Shown here in pieces: positions 25,001-40,699 of a stretch of 64,000 nucleotides of DNA. The position numbers and the translations under genes are program-made. The first letter of the stretch is position 1. Each line of letters opens with the position of its first letter. The stretch comes from Camelus ferus (lineage: Eukaryota): contig NC_045696.1 in the NCBI RefSeq assembly GCF_009834535.1, positions 109,928,001 to 109,992,000 on the forward strand, given 5' to 3'. The notes beneath the pieces were generated by a model. It ran no database searches and was not told the origin of the DNA. It worked only from the letters and a program-made list of their open reading frames with translations.

Positions 25001-28000
25001 AAAAGAAATACTTCTGACCCAGGTTTTCTTATATGATAACTACAAAGTCATTGGGGTCTGTGAGTAAAAGATACTCACAGACATTCAGATCTGAGTAACC
25101 CTCACAGAACAACATGTAACACGGCCAAGGGCCGCATGAGCACAAGGATGTGTTATCTCTGAAGGCGGCGCTGACGCTTGCATGGCATTTACTGTACGTC
25201 TGGAAGGAAGCCAGCCTGCTCCGGGCAAGGGGCACATCCTGGGCTCAGAGAGAGGCCTACTCTGCTTTGGACAGCTCAACATGGATTGATGAAGGCCAGC
25301 TGTGGATGTTTCCTTCTTTCACCCATAAACCCCCATCTTTTTCAGGGAGGCTGGATGAGGACATTCTCAAGAATGGGTGTGGCATGTGCGGGACAGGTCA
25401 GGGAGCCTGACAGAGCCACACAATGACCTCCTGATGAGAACCCAGAGCCCAGACAGCCACGAGTGAGGATGGACCGCTTTGGCTTCAGGCCCACAGGCTC
25501 GTAGCAGGAGGTGGTGGGCTGTGCATCCAGATGGTGGCAGCAGAGACCAGCTCAGCCTCATGGCTCCCCAGCCCCAGCCAAATGTGGCCTGGATCCAATC
25601 AATTTCAGCTCTCGGCACATCTGAAAATGTATGTGGCTGTCCCCTGGGGGGCTCAGGAGACAAAGCATTTCTCGGACCTGGTACAACAGACATCCTCCCA
25701 GCCGCTGAGCGGGGCCCCTGACCTGGAAGGGCAGGTGGAAGTGCTGACACCCCTTCTTGGGCAGGCCTGAGGTTCGCTCTGACCGCCCACTGCTCCCACT
25801 GGAGGCCAGGGATTTGCGCACCTGCCCAGCAGCTCCCCATCTGGAGTCTGGCTTCTGCTCGATGGAGAAAAGCAGAGCCAGAGCCGGGGCTGGTCTGAAA
25901 AGCCAGATGAGGAAATCTGTGCACGCACTTTGCTACCAGCGCAGATGGCCTGAAATAGCTGGCAAACTAGCCAGGAGGAGACCCCTCTTCGAGGGCTGTA
26001 GAGTGTGCTTATTAGGACAAATGTGGCTGCCGGGAGGGTCTGAAATGTGGGGCTCTCACACCTGGAGGAAGCCTGCTTGCCTGATGGCTGGAGTGGGGCT
26101 GGGTCAGGAAAACAGCCTGCGTATTTACTCAGCTGTGCTTGGAAAGAGCACAGCGCTTTGAAGCTGGACCAGTGTTCTTCCAGCTCAGTGTCCCCCTCAT
26201 CTGGGCCTTCATAGGATTAAGGATGGTCCCACGGGGCCATGAATAAGGACAGGGAGGTGGACATGGAGGGAGCCAGGAACCTGGGTGAGTGAGGGCTCAG
26301 GAGAGCCTCCCTCAGACTGGAAATGCCAGAGGGACACCAAAGGAGGGGGTTGTGGTTCCCAGGGGCAATCTTCCTTTACGAAGTAACTTGCTCCATCCCA
26401 GCAGCTGAAGGCTCCTGTCTGTGCCAGAAGCGTCCTGGAGGTGCAGCTCCGGGCTGTGTCCTTGCCTCTGTCTTGGCTGATGGGGTAGGCATGGTTCAGG
26501 CAGCCCATGGGTTTTCCGCTCTGCAGTAAAATCTAATTTCAAACTCATACATAGCAAAAGGGCCAGAGGAATCCTTTTAGAACTGCAAACCCAGGTGGGT
26601 GTGGCCTGTGGGGGTGGAGGCTGGAGAGGGCGCTGGCAGCTGGGGAGGGGGCCGCACCACACATCTCCGATTCCCTGAGTCCCTAGTGCGTGCAGCAGTG
26701 CTTGGCACACAGTGGGCGCTCTGGATATACTGGGGAGAACCCAACAGATTCTATCCCCAGACCTGGGCTGACTCACCTGTGATTGGAACCCTGGGCAAGT
26801 CATTTCACTTGGGGACTTACTCCCCACGTCTATGGTGTGTTCCTTGGACACTGTGTTTACTTTTTTGTTTTTATTTTATACTTTGGCTAGTCTGCTTGAA
26901 GGAGGAATGATTTAAAAAAAATGGGAACACACTCTGTAAACTGAAGTCTCTGGACACATGGAACGAATGGAAAATTGGAAAGCTGTCCCTAATGTGGTTA
27001 CTTCTCAAATAGGACCATTATTAATAATTTATTGGCTAATAGTGCTGCACTTTCTCATTATCACTCTTCTGTGTTAGAAGTGGGCAGTCACAGCTTTAGG
27101 AATACCTGTGTGTTTCCATGAGCGACAATCGAGCTGCTTAACGAAAGAATGAAATATACAACCTGCCAACAATTTCACTTTTCCTGAAGTGGGTCCTTGA
27201 GCAGAAGTAGACTGTCCACCCTGGCACGGAAAGTTTGCTTTGCTTTTCAACTAGAAGGAGACAGAGAACTGGGAGAGGTGGCTCCTGGAAAGAGTCTGGA
27301 CTCCAGGTTACAAAGGATCTTGCTGGAGAACAAGGCCAAGCAGAAATCAGGTTTGTGTTAAAGGCACACACGCCCTGCACTGACAGTTGACTCACAGCAT
27401 GAGGAAAAGCATGAGACCTGGCCTAACAGCCTCCTCTGTGGAAACTTCTGGGCTTCGTTCCTCTTGGGATCAGGCCAAGCCCATGGCATGACGTGAGGCC
27501 TTACAACCAATGGGGCTGATGCCGGTGCAGGCTGCCTGAATGTGACCAAAGGATCCAGAAAGAGGAACTGCCACCTGCTGTCCTCTGCCACAGCCAGGCA
27601 TGTGTGGGGTGCAGGCAGGAACTGGAGGCCATCCGAAGGGGCAGATAGGGGCAGGGCCGGGGCAGGGCGGCCCTATGAAGAGACTTGAAGGGACAGGGAT
27701 GAGCAGCTTGGAAAAAAGAAAAGGCTGCCCTTGAGAGCCAGTTCAGATATTCCAGGGGTTGGCAGACAGACTTGCTCTGTATGGTTTCAGAGGGCACAGG
27801 TTAGGACCAAAGAGTGGAAATTATGAGGAGGCAGATTTCAGGCCCCCAAGAGAACCAGGAAACAATCTGAGGGTCACAGGGGAACAAGCTGGTGAGTGGA
27901 GAAGACAGGGGGCTTCTCACCCCCAGAAGGGTTCAGAGGGTGCCTGGATGATGGCTGTGTGGGCTGGTGTGGGGCTGCGTACAGTGAGGATTCCTGTGAG

Positions 28001-28827
28001 GCAAACAGAGAATCCCTAAAGACCAAGGATCAAGTATGTGGGGAAGGCATAAAGGAAGCCCTCAGGTCCCAGGTGACTGCACCAGGCTCTTCAGGGAGAA
28101 AGCCTCTCGACTTGTCTTGAAAGGAGTGACGGGCAGCAGCAGGAGGCGCTGGTGGCCTGGGGAGAGCCCTTCCCCACATACCAGTGAGAGCAAAAGATGA
28201 CGTGGGGTCCACAGAGCATCAGCTCCCACCACCCATGAGCAAATAAAACAGGCAGCGGAGGAGAATAGCTGAATTCACACGGAGCTCTCAAGCCTCAACT
28301 GAACTACAGGAACTCTGTTTTTGTCAAGACTAACAGAACTTCCTGCAAGATCAAAGCTTCATCTCTTCTTCTTTCTGAGGGGGAAGACAGACAGGAGGAA
28401 GGGAAGAAGTGAGAGAGGAAAGGCTGGACTGCAGCGGAGCCAGAAGGGAGGCTGGGGAGGAAGGTGAGGGCTCTGCTAATTGGAGGCTGTAAGTTTGAAA
28501 GCACCAACTTTCCCTGATGGTGTGTTGGGGCCCCATCGCTCCATGTGTGAGCAGGCTGGGTGGTGTCATGACAAGAGCCCTGGCCTGGAAGACAGGCTCT
28601 GAGCGCTCCTCCCAGCCCTGCGTCTCACTAACTCGGGGGTCCTGGGGGAGCCATGTCCCCTGTCCAGCTTGGTGTTTCTTTCTGCAAAATGCAGAATTGG
28701 ACCGGACTACCTGTAAGGTTCTCCCCAGCTCCTGGGAGTCGTGCCTTCATGCTCAGTGGGCACCTGAGCCACGGCCTGGCAGAGCCGAGGACGTGGGGAG
28801 TGATAACCCATGACTCTTGTCCTGTTA

Positions 28828-30484
<1,657 letters not shown>

Positions 30485-32089
30485 TCATGGGAAACACCGG
30501 GAGCCTCCCCAAGGCCCATGCTCAGCAGACACAGGGCCATGTGGAGTTGGGGTTAGGTCCATCAGGTGGGTGCCACCCAGCCCCTGTTTGGGGTTGAACC
30601 CAGCTGCAGGGGAACCAGAGTCGGCTAAAGGGGCCCTTTCCCAAATGCATCTGAAATGCCATGGCCCCCCGTCCAAGGGCAGCTTCTCGGAACAGGCTGG
30701 AGGGGTGGGGGGTGTGGAAGGGCTTGTGGCCTCCCGGTGCCTGCTGGCCCAGTGAACCAGGGAGCGGTCGAGGCCGGCCTGACCACAGGGAAGCCGGCAG
30801 CTCTGCGTGGGCTGCCCTGAGCCAGTGAGGAGGACTCGGGTGGGCAGAGCTGACCAGCTCCCACGCCTTTTCTGAATCTTCCATTTATGAACGAGACAAA
30901 GGTACAGACGACAGATGTCTGCTCATTCAGGCCCACCTACCAAACAGTTAAGGAGGGTCTACCCTCTCCTTGACCCCGGAGAACACCAAAATGAACAGGG
31001 CAGTCTGTGGCCCCGGGTGAGCACTGTACAAATCCACAAACGATCCTAAAACCAGGCAGACATCTCAGTGTCACTGGAGAGTGACAGGCAGAAGGGGACA
31101 GGGGTCCAGAGACCAGATCTGGCACCTGTAAAGCACACAGCGCGGAGCCTGGAAGAGAAGGTGTGTTCCATTGTCATTTTAACTGCTTCTCCGACGATGC
31201 TCGTGAGGCTGAACTCTGTGAAAACCACAGCCTAGCCTTTCTGAGTAGGAAGAACCCTTCTGGGCATTAAAAAAAAACCTTGGACTGCGCATGATGGTCA
31301 GTGTGTATGCTTTTAGTTCACCGAGAAAGTGCACAAGGACAAAAACCTATGCATTTAACACCTCTTCTTAATACGTGTGGATTTTTATTAATCACAACAG
31401 CATGTGCCTATCTTTAAAAATAATACCTCGTGTAAATGTGAGATGTAGGACCTATCTGGGTTATAGACCAGAAGGCCGCCCCACCCCTCCTCCCCAGCGT
31501 ACAGCACATGGGCAGGGAAGAGTGTCTGTCACAGAGGAGTGCTGGAAAGACCTCTAAGGCCTGATTCTGACCTGTGAGCTCCTCCTTGTTCACATGAACC
31601 CCTGCCTGGTTGCTCTCAGGCCCTTCCTTCAGCCCTGTTAGCTGCCCAGACAGTGGTAAAGCTCTGTCTCTGCTAACTCTCTTGGAGTCTCCCTCCCCCA
31701 CCAGATTGCAGCAGGACAATGGTCAAAGCAGGGGCCCTGGCGGTGACTTCTGGGGGGTCCGAGGTGGTCAGCAAAGTTGACAGGAGAAGGCAGGGGCCCT
31801 GGTGAGTTTCTAGAAGCAGAGAGGAGGAGGAGCTCTCTTGACACACCTTTGAAACAAGGCCCAGGACCACTGAGGCCTCCTCCAGCTTAGTTGTGGGGTG
31901 GGGTCTGAGTGGACCAGTGTCCCCTCACCCTGCACATCTACCTTAGTGGGTGGGGGAGGCTGAGGGACTACAGATTGAACAGAAACCATAGCACCCACTT
32001 CTCCAGGACCAACAATTTGTCCTATAAACCTATTTTTTTGTAAACTTTCATTCATGGTATTGCCCATACACCAACAGTGTTTTCTGCTT

Positions 32090-32265
32090 ATCTGGGTTAA
32101 TCGTAAAAACCATTAACTGAGCCTCTGCTCTGGCCTGTCTTTCAAGCTCAGTTGAACCCTCATAACCACTTGATAGGGCAGGAAATTGAGGCTCAGGGAG
32201 ATTAAGTAACATGTTCAAACTCCCGCAATAGCAGAAGTATGTGACACCCGGGCTGTATCCCAAAC
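32090..32265 (-). mobile_element. MIR SINE
   Basis: gcaggaaattgaggctcagggagattaagtaacatgttcaa. Confidence 0.65.
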
Positions 32266-32503
32266 ACAGTGCTGTTCCTGGACCCTGCCATCAATGAGGC
32301 GGGAAGAGGACAAGTTACAGCCACAGAGGGAATGTGTGCCTCTGGGCTGTGACCGGTTCAGGGTCATTCCAGCCCCTCCCTGGCAGTTTAACTCCACAGG
32401 GACAATCTATTTCTAGGGCTGGTGGTCATGACCACTGGGGTGTTGAGGGACACTCCTTTATAAGCCTCTGTTTGGTTCATGAGCATCCTGGTTCAATATG
32501 TGT

Positions 32504-32897
32504 TGTTATGGGTGGAACTGTGATCCTCTCAAATCCATGTGCTGAATCCCTAGCCACAGAATGGGACTGTATGTTAGATGGGGCCTTTGAAGAGGTGATT
32601 AGGGCAAAATGAAGCCACTGGGGTGGGTCCTAATCCAATCTGACTGGTATCCTTAGCAGAACAGGAGCTTAGGACACAGAGAAAGACACCAGGAATGCTC
32701 GGGCACAGAGAAGAGGCCTTGACAGGACACAGTGAGAGTCCAGATGTCTGTAAGCCAAGAAGAGAGACCTCAGGGGATTCCAGCCCTGCTGGCACCTTGA
32801 TCTTGGACTTCCAGAACTATGCGGAGATGAATTTCTGTTGTTTAAACCCCTAGCCCGTGATGCCACTGGGCACAGCAGCCCGAGCAGACTGAAGTAA
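32504..32897 (+). mobile_element. MLT1-type (ERVL-MaLR) solo LTR
   Basis: tgttatgggtggaactgtg...gggcctttgaagaggtgatt...gggtcctaatccaatctgactgg...gcaccttgatcttggacttccag...gaatttctgttgtttaa. Confidence 0.85.
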
Positions 32898-33310
32898 GTG
32901 TCTTCAGTTAGAGATCCCCGAAAAAGGAGAGTGCGGAGACCAGGGCTTGTGTGCCGGGAGTTTATTTTGGGGAGTGACCTGAGGGGACAGCCATGGGGGT
33001 CTGAGATGAGTGAAACAGGGAAAATCAACCCCAGGGCAGGTTGGGCAACTCACATCTACTGGGGATGGCTGAGGAGCTGAGCAGACGCACCTGGAACTGT
33101 CTGTGAGCGGAGCACAACGCACAGGCAGCCCCCCCTCCCCATGCCGGTGCTCGCTCCACCTGACTCCCCGCTCCTCCACGAGACCCATGTGGCTGAATTA
33201 CAGAAGCCCTGGGCAGAGAGGCTGTCAGCTCACACCTGTGCCCGGCTGGTGGTGCCCTGACAGACAGCTGGAGTTCAAGTGAAGGGCCCACAGGTGTGTT
33301 CAGTACAATG
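32898..33310 (-). mobile_element. Old ERVL LTR (LTR16/LTR33-like)
   Basis: gagtttattttggggagtgacc; similar to the element at ~59515. Confidence 0.5.
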
Positions 33311-34499
33311 AGGCTGAGACTAAGGGCCCTGCCTTCTTCTGGCAGCAGCATCAAGGGTGGCACAGAGCTGTCAGACAGGACCCCAGGGACAGGCAGGGGA
33401 AACCACTTGGCCTATGGGAGAACTTCTGCAGACTCTAGAGGCAGAGGGCTTAATGCATCCTGGTCTTCAAATTACTCAGGGAAAGAAATTCCCCCACGAG
33501 CATCCCAGGGGCTCAAATCCTTCCAGCTTGGAAGCGTATGACTGGAGTTCTCTGATAAGACTGACAGTGGAAGTGAACACAGTTGCCCTTGCTGGGGCTC
33601 TTTTGAGTTGCCAGCATCCCCTGAAGTTATTTTTCTCTCTAGGAGGACTGTTAAGTTACCCCTTAGCCTTTGGTGCAATGAATGGATACCACCATCATAG
33701 ATGCAAAGGGTTTTCACCTGGAGGGTGACATTTCGCTGTCACACAGTGACTGGGGCCCTACAGGCAACTTAACCCAATACCCTCATTTCACAGAGCAGGC
33801 AACGGAAGGAGTGAAGTGATTTGTCCAAGAACACACAGCTGGTTGGAGACACAGCCTGGATCACAGCCATTATTTCAAAGCAACTTCATTTGTGTCATAA
33901 AAACTGCTGCAACATTGCTGCCCAAACATCCCCTTCAACCTGCACCGTCACCTTCACTGTGGACAATGTCTATCCTTGGCACAAAAGGTTAAGGACTGAA
34001 TGCAAGGCACAGACTGTCACAATAACTGTGCAAGGCCTTCAACCCAGGGCTCCCCTAACAGATGCAAATTTTCACTCCAGGCCCTTTGTGCTGGCCTGCT
34101 CACTCCCCTCCTCACAATCTGGGACTACCTCCTCTTTGCATATCATTTGCATGGATTTGCATAATAGACTCCTGAGGCTCTGATTCCAAATATGTCAGAG
34201 AATCTATAACTAAAATCTAACTTGACATGTTTTAAATATGGAACCGATTTTTAAAGCATGTTGGAATAAGGACAAGTGTAGAGGGTGGAAATCCTGCAGA
34301 TTGATGGGTGCCTAGATGGCGCAGGAAGGCCTCCTCCTCCCTTGAATTCCAATGCATACGTGATCCCAGGACCCAAGGAAAAGAAAGGCCTTCCTCCTTC
34401 TGTTTACTCGGCTGGCTGCCCACAGCTCCCATTGGGCAGGATACTTGCATCTGGCAAAGGCAAGGAGGAAATTCGTGACGAGCGAAATGGCCAATCCGT

Positions 34500-34715
34500 C
34501 CTGAGCGCTTCCTGAGAACATGCGTGCTAGGAGGGCGAGGGCTGTCCTGACACCTTTAATCCTCCCAACCACCCGATGAGGCAGGTCCTATTATTAGCTC
34601 CTTGTTGTGACCGAGGAGAAGCAGCACAGAGAGGCACAGAACGCTCCCTCCTACCACACAGCTGGGGACGGGGAGCCGTGATTTGAACCCGGCAGCTCGG
34701 CCCCAGAGTCTACAC
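34500..34715 (-). mobile_element. MIR SINE
   Basis: tttaatcctcccaaccacccgatgaggcaggtcctattattag...gggagccgtgatttgaacccggcag. Confidence 0.75.
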
Positions 34716-37289
34716 TCAGCCACGTTCACTCACTGCCCTGCTCTGCACCTTCAGAAGCAATGGTCCACAGTCTCTTAAGAACTGATTTTCTATTATTGGT
34801 CTTTTCATTTTCCTTCCCTCTTAATCCTGTTTTCGTCTCTCTCCATTTCAGGGTTCTATATTATACATTTAGGGTGCTTTTAACAAGTTATTCAATTAAC
34901 TTTCTTTTGTAAGTAACGGGGGAAACTTGAAGCAGTACAAGCTGGGTATCCCCACTCTCATTCTCTCCTCTTCCCTAATCCTGGCATCTGGTGCACACAA
35001 TCGTTTCACTAATTCAATTAATTGTATAATTTTGCTCTTAAAATCGCTTACACACACAGGACACATTTATTATATGGATACATTTTCTCCTGCACATACA
35101 GAATTCTATCTCATTTTCCTTGTACTTTTAAATATCTTCTTCTAAGGAGAGCTTCCCTCCCCATTCAACCAGGTTTCCACTGCCAGATATTTGCTCCAAT
35201 GCCTCAAAACCCTGTGACAGAACAGCAGGGTCTGAGATGCCTTCTCAGCCATCCCCTGTCACTAAGCACGATGGCCAGCCTGGATGCTGGGGGTGATGAT
35301 TTAAAATCCTGCCTGCAAGTTCTCGGACACTCCTCCCAGCAAGCAGAGGGGTCTGTTTCCTCTTCCCTCTGAGCCTAAGTGAGCCTTTGTGAACAGAATG
35401 GGGTAGAAATGACACCACGTGGCTTCCAAGGCCAGGGGTAGAAAAGGTCATGAAGCTTCTGCAGGTGTTTCTTGGGGGCCTTCCGTTCTGTGTAAGAAGT
35501 CAAGGTCAGCCCTTGGGGAGAGAGAGAGAGAGAGAGGAGGAGCCCCAGCTGTTTCAGGTCCAGCCGGGCATCGACATGAGAGAGGAGCCCGGGAGACGAG
35601 CCTGGCCTGGCCACTGCTGGCCACAGCCACACAGACCCCAAGTCAGAGCTGCCCAGCTGAGCCCAGTCAACCTAACAATCAGGGGCACAAAAAACAATTG
35701 TTACTGCTTTAATCCACAGTCGGGGGGAGAGGGTGTTTTGCAGCAATAGATATTTGGAACACTTGGGAATTTAGCTTCTGCATCCGATGTTTCAACAAGA
35801 AGAAGGAGAATCCAGGCCTACCAAGCCTGGCCATCAGGGAGTCTGTTTTCTGCATGGGCAGTAACATACCATCTTGCCGGGAAACAGCTCTTCTCATTTC
35901 CGGGTTACTGTCTTTTAACTGGAAGGGATCCTAGGGCCCTCTGGCATCTAACTCGTCCACTTTCCAAATGAGAAGGCTGAGGCCGAACAAAGTGGAATCC
36001 TTACCCTGGGCCACACACTCCCCGGCCAGTCCCATGGATGTTCCAAATCCACAGGGATCTCTTTATGTGGTCCTGGGATTCAGGTGCTCCATCCTCTGAA
36101 CTCCAGTGAGCCCTTTTGTTTTAAGATCAAACCCCCCTCACTCCTCAGAGCACGGTTCCCTCACTCAAACAAACATGCATCGCGGGCTTTAGGGTGAGCT
36201 GGGCGGCTGCTCTTAACAGGTACTCGTTTTGTGAAAGGGAGTCTTTTTATAAAGAAAAAGAGGAGTTTGGGGTGCACATCTTAGCTGCTACTCTCTTTCC
36301 AGGAAGCCACATTCCAAATGTTCCCTCCCATCAAGGCCCTGCTGGGACATGCCTCAGGCCACAGGGCTCAAGGACAGAGGGTCCTGCTTAGCTCTTAGAG
36401 ACACCTGAGGCCATCACCTGGTGGGTTCCAGGAATGTCTGCAGATCATGGGTTCAACAGCTAGGCTGGTGAGGCCCATGACTCCACTGGGAATTACCGCT
36501 CAGAGTACAATCTCTAGAACAAATGCAGGCAAGAAAAGCATGTGAGATGAGGCGTGGGTGCCCCAGACACACTCAAGGTCTCCAGCTGGCATGGATCCAC
36601 CCCGTGCCGCAGCTCTGGGAGGCTGACAGACCACAGCTTCCTAACAAAGACTGCACTCACATGTGCACGCACCCACAGTCCAGGTCCTTTCTTGGGAGCG
36701 GGGAACAGGCAAGAATGACAAATTTGCAGTCTGAGTCCTCCCATCACCTCCATGCTAACATTAAGCCATTTGTTTAAGGTCAAAACGGCCACCGTGTAGC
36801 AGTACCAGGATTTAAACCCAGGTTTCTCTGATTAGGCTGCTTGAGACCTCAGGTACTGAGCAATTTTTGATCCAGGAAAATGTCCTACATGAGGAGGAGG
36901 ACACTTCATGAAGACAGGCAATGACATAACAACAGTAACAGCTGTGATGGCCACAATCAAAAAGCAAAACGTCCCCCTGAAGAAGAAACACTTGGGCAAC
37001 CACGCTGACTTTCACCTTCAGCTTTTGCTTCTTTGCCTTAGTCATTCCGTTCCAACTGGGGCAAGCGTTTTCCACCTAGAACTCCTGCTGGGCCTTGAAG
37101 ACTTTGTTAGGAGTCCCTCCTTGTGGGCTGGTAACCTCTAAGCTGACCCCTATTCCAGGCCTCATCTCTGAATGGAAATGCCCAGTGTCTTATGTTTCCC
37201 TGTCTCAACTCTGTGCTGTTAAGAGGCCAGAGACTGTCTGGTTCAAGGTTATTCCCTATACGCAGTCCAGCACCTTGGCCACAACAAAC

Positions 37290-37327
37290 ATAAATATATA
37301 AAGAACTTATACAACTCAATTAGCAAA

Positions 37328-37364
<37 letters not shown>

Positions 37365-38377
37365 GAAAAAGAAAAAGCCAAATAATCCATTTAAAAATGG
37401 GGCAAAGGGTCTGAATGGACATTTTTCCAAAGACATACAAATGGCCAACAGGTACAAGAAAATGTGCTCGATATCACTAATCATCAGAGAAATGCAAATC
37501 AAAACCATAGTGAGATAATACCTCAGACCTGCTATAATGACTGTTATCAAACAGATAAGAGAGAACTGGTTTTGGTGAGGATGTGGAGGAAAGGGAACCC
37601 TTGTGCACAGCTGATGGGAATGGAAGTTGGTATAGCTGCTGTGGAAAACAGTATGGAGGGTCCTCAAAAAATTAAAAATAGAGCTACCATGTGATCCAGC
37701 AATCCCACTTCTGGGTACGTATCTGAAAGAAACAAAATCACTATCTTGAAGAGGTATCTGCTCCCCCGTGTTCACTGCAGCATTATTTACAGTAGCCAAG
37801 ACATGGAGACAATCTAAATGTCTACTGATAGATGAATGGATAAAGAGAATGTGGGACACACACACACACACACACACACAAGAATATTACTCAGCCACAA
37901 AAAAGAAGGCAATCCTGCCATTTGCAACAACTTGGATGGACCTTGAGGGCATTATGCTAAGTGAAATAAGTCAGACAGAGAAAGACAAATACTTATGATC
38001 TCATTTACATGTGGAATTAAAAAAAAGTCAAGCTTTAGAAGCAGAGAACACATTGGTGGTTCCCAGAGGTGGGGTGTAGGGAGTAGGGGAAATGGGTGAA
38101 GGTGGTCAAAATGTACAAACTTCCAGTTATAATAAGTAAGTTTGGGGCATAATGTACAACATGGTGCCTATTGTTCACGATATGTATTGCATATTTGAAA
38201 GTTGCTAAGAGAGTAAATTTTAAAAGTTCACATCACACACAAAAAATTCAAACTATGTGAAGTGCTTGATGTTAACTAAACATTGCGATAATCATTTCAC
38301 AATATAGACACAAATCATTATCTTGTAATACAATGTTGTATGTCAACTGCATCTAAATAAAACTGGGAAAAAAATAA
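37290..38377 (+). mobile_element. L1MA-type LINE-1 3' fragment (degraded ORF2 C-terminus plus 3'UTR)
   Basis: Translations such as [13 protein letters not shown]...WIKRMW...ILPFATTWMDLEGIMLSEISQTEKDKY are L1 ORF2p C-terminal; ends aaataaaactgggaaaaaaataaa; internal A/(GAAAA)n and (CA)n expansions. Confidence 0.92.
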
Positions 38378-38405
38378 ATTCTTCTAAATCAAATCACTAA
38401 CCAGC

Positions 38406-38958
38406 TGTGACAGCTTATATTTTCCAAAAATAACCACCTTAACACATGCCAACCAACTTATTCTTCCTAAATGTGACTTCAGCATTCCTATGGAGAGGTG
38501 AGGTCTATGTCCCATCCCCTGGAGCCTGGGTGGGTCTGTGACTGCAGTTGAAGTGATGCTATGTGACTTCTGAGACCAAGTCATAAAAGATGGTATAGCT
38601 GCCTCCTAGTACTTACTGTCGGGTGCTTACTCTCAGAAGTCAGCTGCCACGCTGTGAGGAAGCCTGAGTCGTCCATGGCGGGGAGCAATGTGGAAAGGAA
38701 CTGAGGCCCCTGGCCTTCAGTCCCAGCTGAACTTCCAGATGACAGCCAGCACCGACTTGCTAGCCAGGGGAGTGAGCGATCTTGAAAGTGGGTCTTCCAG
38801 CCCCACTCAAGCTGCCCTAGCCCAGTCTGCGGGGAGCAGAGACAAGTGATTCCTACCCAAACTGTAGATTTATAAGTAAAATGAATGATTGTTGTTGTTT
38901 TTAAGCCACTAAGATTTTTAGAGGTGGTTTGTTAAGCAGTAATAGTTACTTGAATACC
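38406..38958 (+). mobile_element. MLT1-type (ERVL-MaLR) solo LTR
   Basis: gtgacttctgagaccaagtcataaaag...ctgccacgctgtgaggaagcc...ttttaagccactaag...ggtggtttgttaagcagtaatag. Confidence 0.8.
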
Positions 38959-39619
38959 ATCAACGTAGAAGTGAAATTAAAGCTTTTTCAATGACCATTC
39001 TGGGTTTAAACATCAGGGGCTTCTAAGTGCTGGTGATTTTGTCTTGGGCTCCTTTACTGTCTTTGTCTACTACCCAGATTCAAGGAAAGGGAAACATCTC
39101 AATTCTGGCTCTTTCTGTAACATGATGAGTTCTCTGATCTATAGCCCCAAGTTCCCCCAAAGAAAGGAGGGAACAAATGCTTACTAGCAGTGCCATGAAG
39201 CCCCTTGGCACACATGTAATTTGTGGGCTGGGGGACAGATGGACTAAAGGTGGAGGCTGTTATAAGGTGACCACATACCGAAGATGTGACTGCACTGTGG
39301 AATTTATGTAGTATATGGTGCCTATTTATTGAAGACATGATCATTTCCTTCAAGGAGCTGCCATTCTAGAAGGGAGGAAAATCAGCTGTGACAGGGGAAC
39401 AAACCTACACACTAAAGACATTCTCTTAAAGACTTCCTCCAAACAAAAATGAGAGTCAGAATTAGGTGGATGAAAAGGTTAGCTCAGCTTCTGATAAAAT
39501 AACAGGATCATTAATATTCAGGTAACGTCTCGCTGACATCATGGGGAAGAACACAAATGCATTGGCCCAGACTGCTTTGTACTCTCCCGAACTAAAAGGA
39601 CAAAGCTTGTAAAAATGTT

Positions 39620-40040
39620 CCATGCTTTACATTAGAGACCCCGACAAACACTGCCTCAGCCAGGCGACCAAGGTCAGCATCAACAGTGATAAAGTCATGG
39701 TGATGGTAGGTACCCTGGATATGGAGATGGCACTTGACCTCTGTAGCTTTCCTTCCCCAAACCTACATCCCCAGTCTAATAAGAAAAACATCTGGAAAAT
39801 CCCAATATTCTGTGAAATATCTGATCAGGACTCCTCACTGAGGTCATCAAAGACAAGGAAAGTCTTGTGAGTTTGAGAAACTCACAGCCAAAAGGTACCG
39901 AAGGAGACATGACAACTAAACATCACGTGGTATCCTGGCTGGGACCCTGGAATAGACAAAGGACAGTAGGGGCAATGAAGGAAATCTGAATAAAGTATGG
40001 ACTTCAGTTAATAATGTGTCAATACTGATTCCTTAACTTC
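39620..40040 (+). mobile_element. L1MC-type 3'UTR fragment
   Basis: caaggtcagcatcaacagtgataa; ggagacatgacaactaaa...ggtatcctgg; gaaatctgaataaagtatggacttcagttaataat. Confidence 0.7.
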
Positions 40041-40699
40041 TCAGCACCCTGGAGTGAGAGCATGCAGCCACGGATACACCTGGGAGCCCACTTAGAGAGA
40101 GAGGGGAGGAAAATTCCGACTCTTGGTGTATCTATTGATATTTCCTCTGATTCTCACCATCTAAAATATTCTCATTTAGAGTCAAAGTGTGGAGCTTGGA
40201 GGTGAAAGGGTCAGGGAGACTAACAACCTGCACACATTGTATTTTAACCTGTTCAAATTCCAACTGAGGGGCCAGGGTAAATGCCACCTTGCATAATAGA
40301 AACACTCTTGACCAAGGAAGCAGGCTGCATGAACATAAAAGCTTATTTATCATTAGCACGGGGCTAGATCGCCCTGCCCGCTGAACATGAAAGCCGTATG
40401 AGGTGTTGGACGTGGATGTATCCATTCACATGCATATTTTCTGCCCCTACCCCTTTCTTGCTAGGTGACAATGTAGTCAGTAGATGATGTTGGGGTATCT
40501 CCAAAACCCCAACCCGACTGTCACCTTGTCTTGATGGGATCATGGCTTCTCAGTTCATCCAGTCAAAGACGGCAGCTCCCTGCTCAGTGCTCCCAGGGCA
40601 CTCTGCTCACACGTGGCCCTGCTTCCCACAGAGCCCTTCAGCCCAGGGCGTGGTGGGAAGGCCTGGACCTGGGGTCGGTGGGTTTTAGGTTCATCTTGG

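Noticed and set aside
21007..26851. Several 140-220-aa ORFs in TMEM108 intronic sequence
   Set aside because: Expected in GC-rich, stop-poor DNA; they overlap on both strands with no recognisable homology.
37320..37998. ORFs resembling known proteins
   Set aside because: Sense and antisense translations of a broken L1 ORF2 C-terminus.
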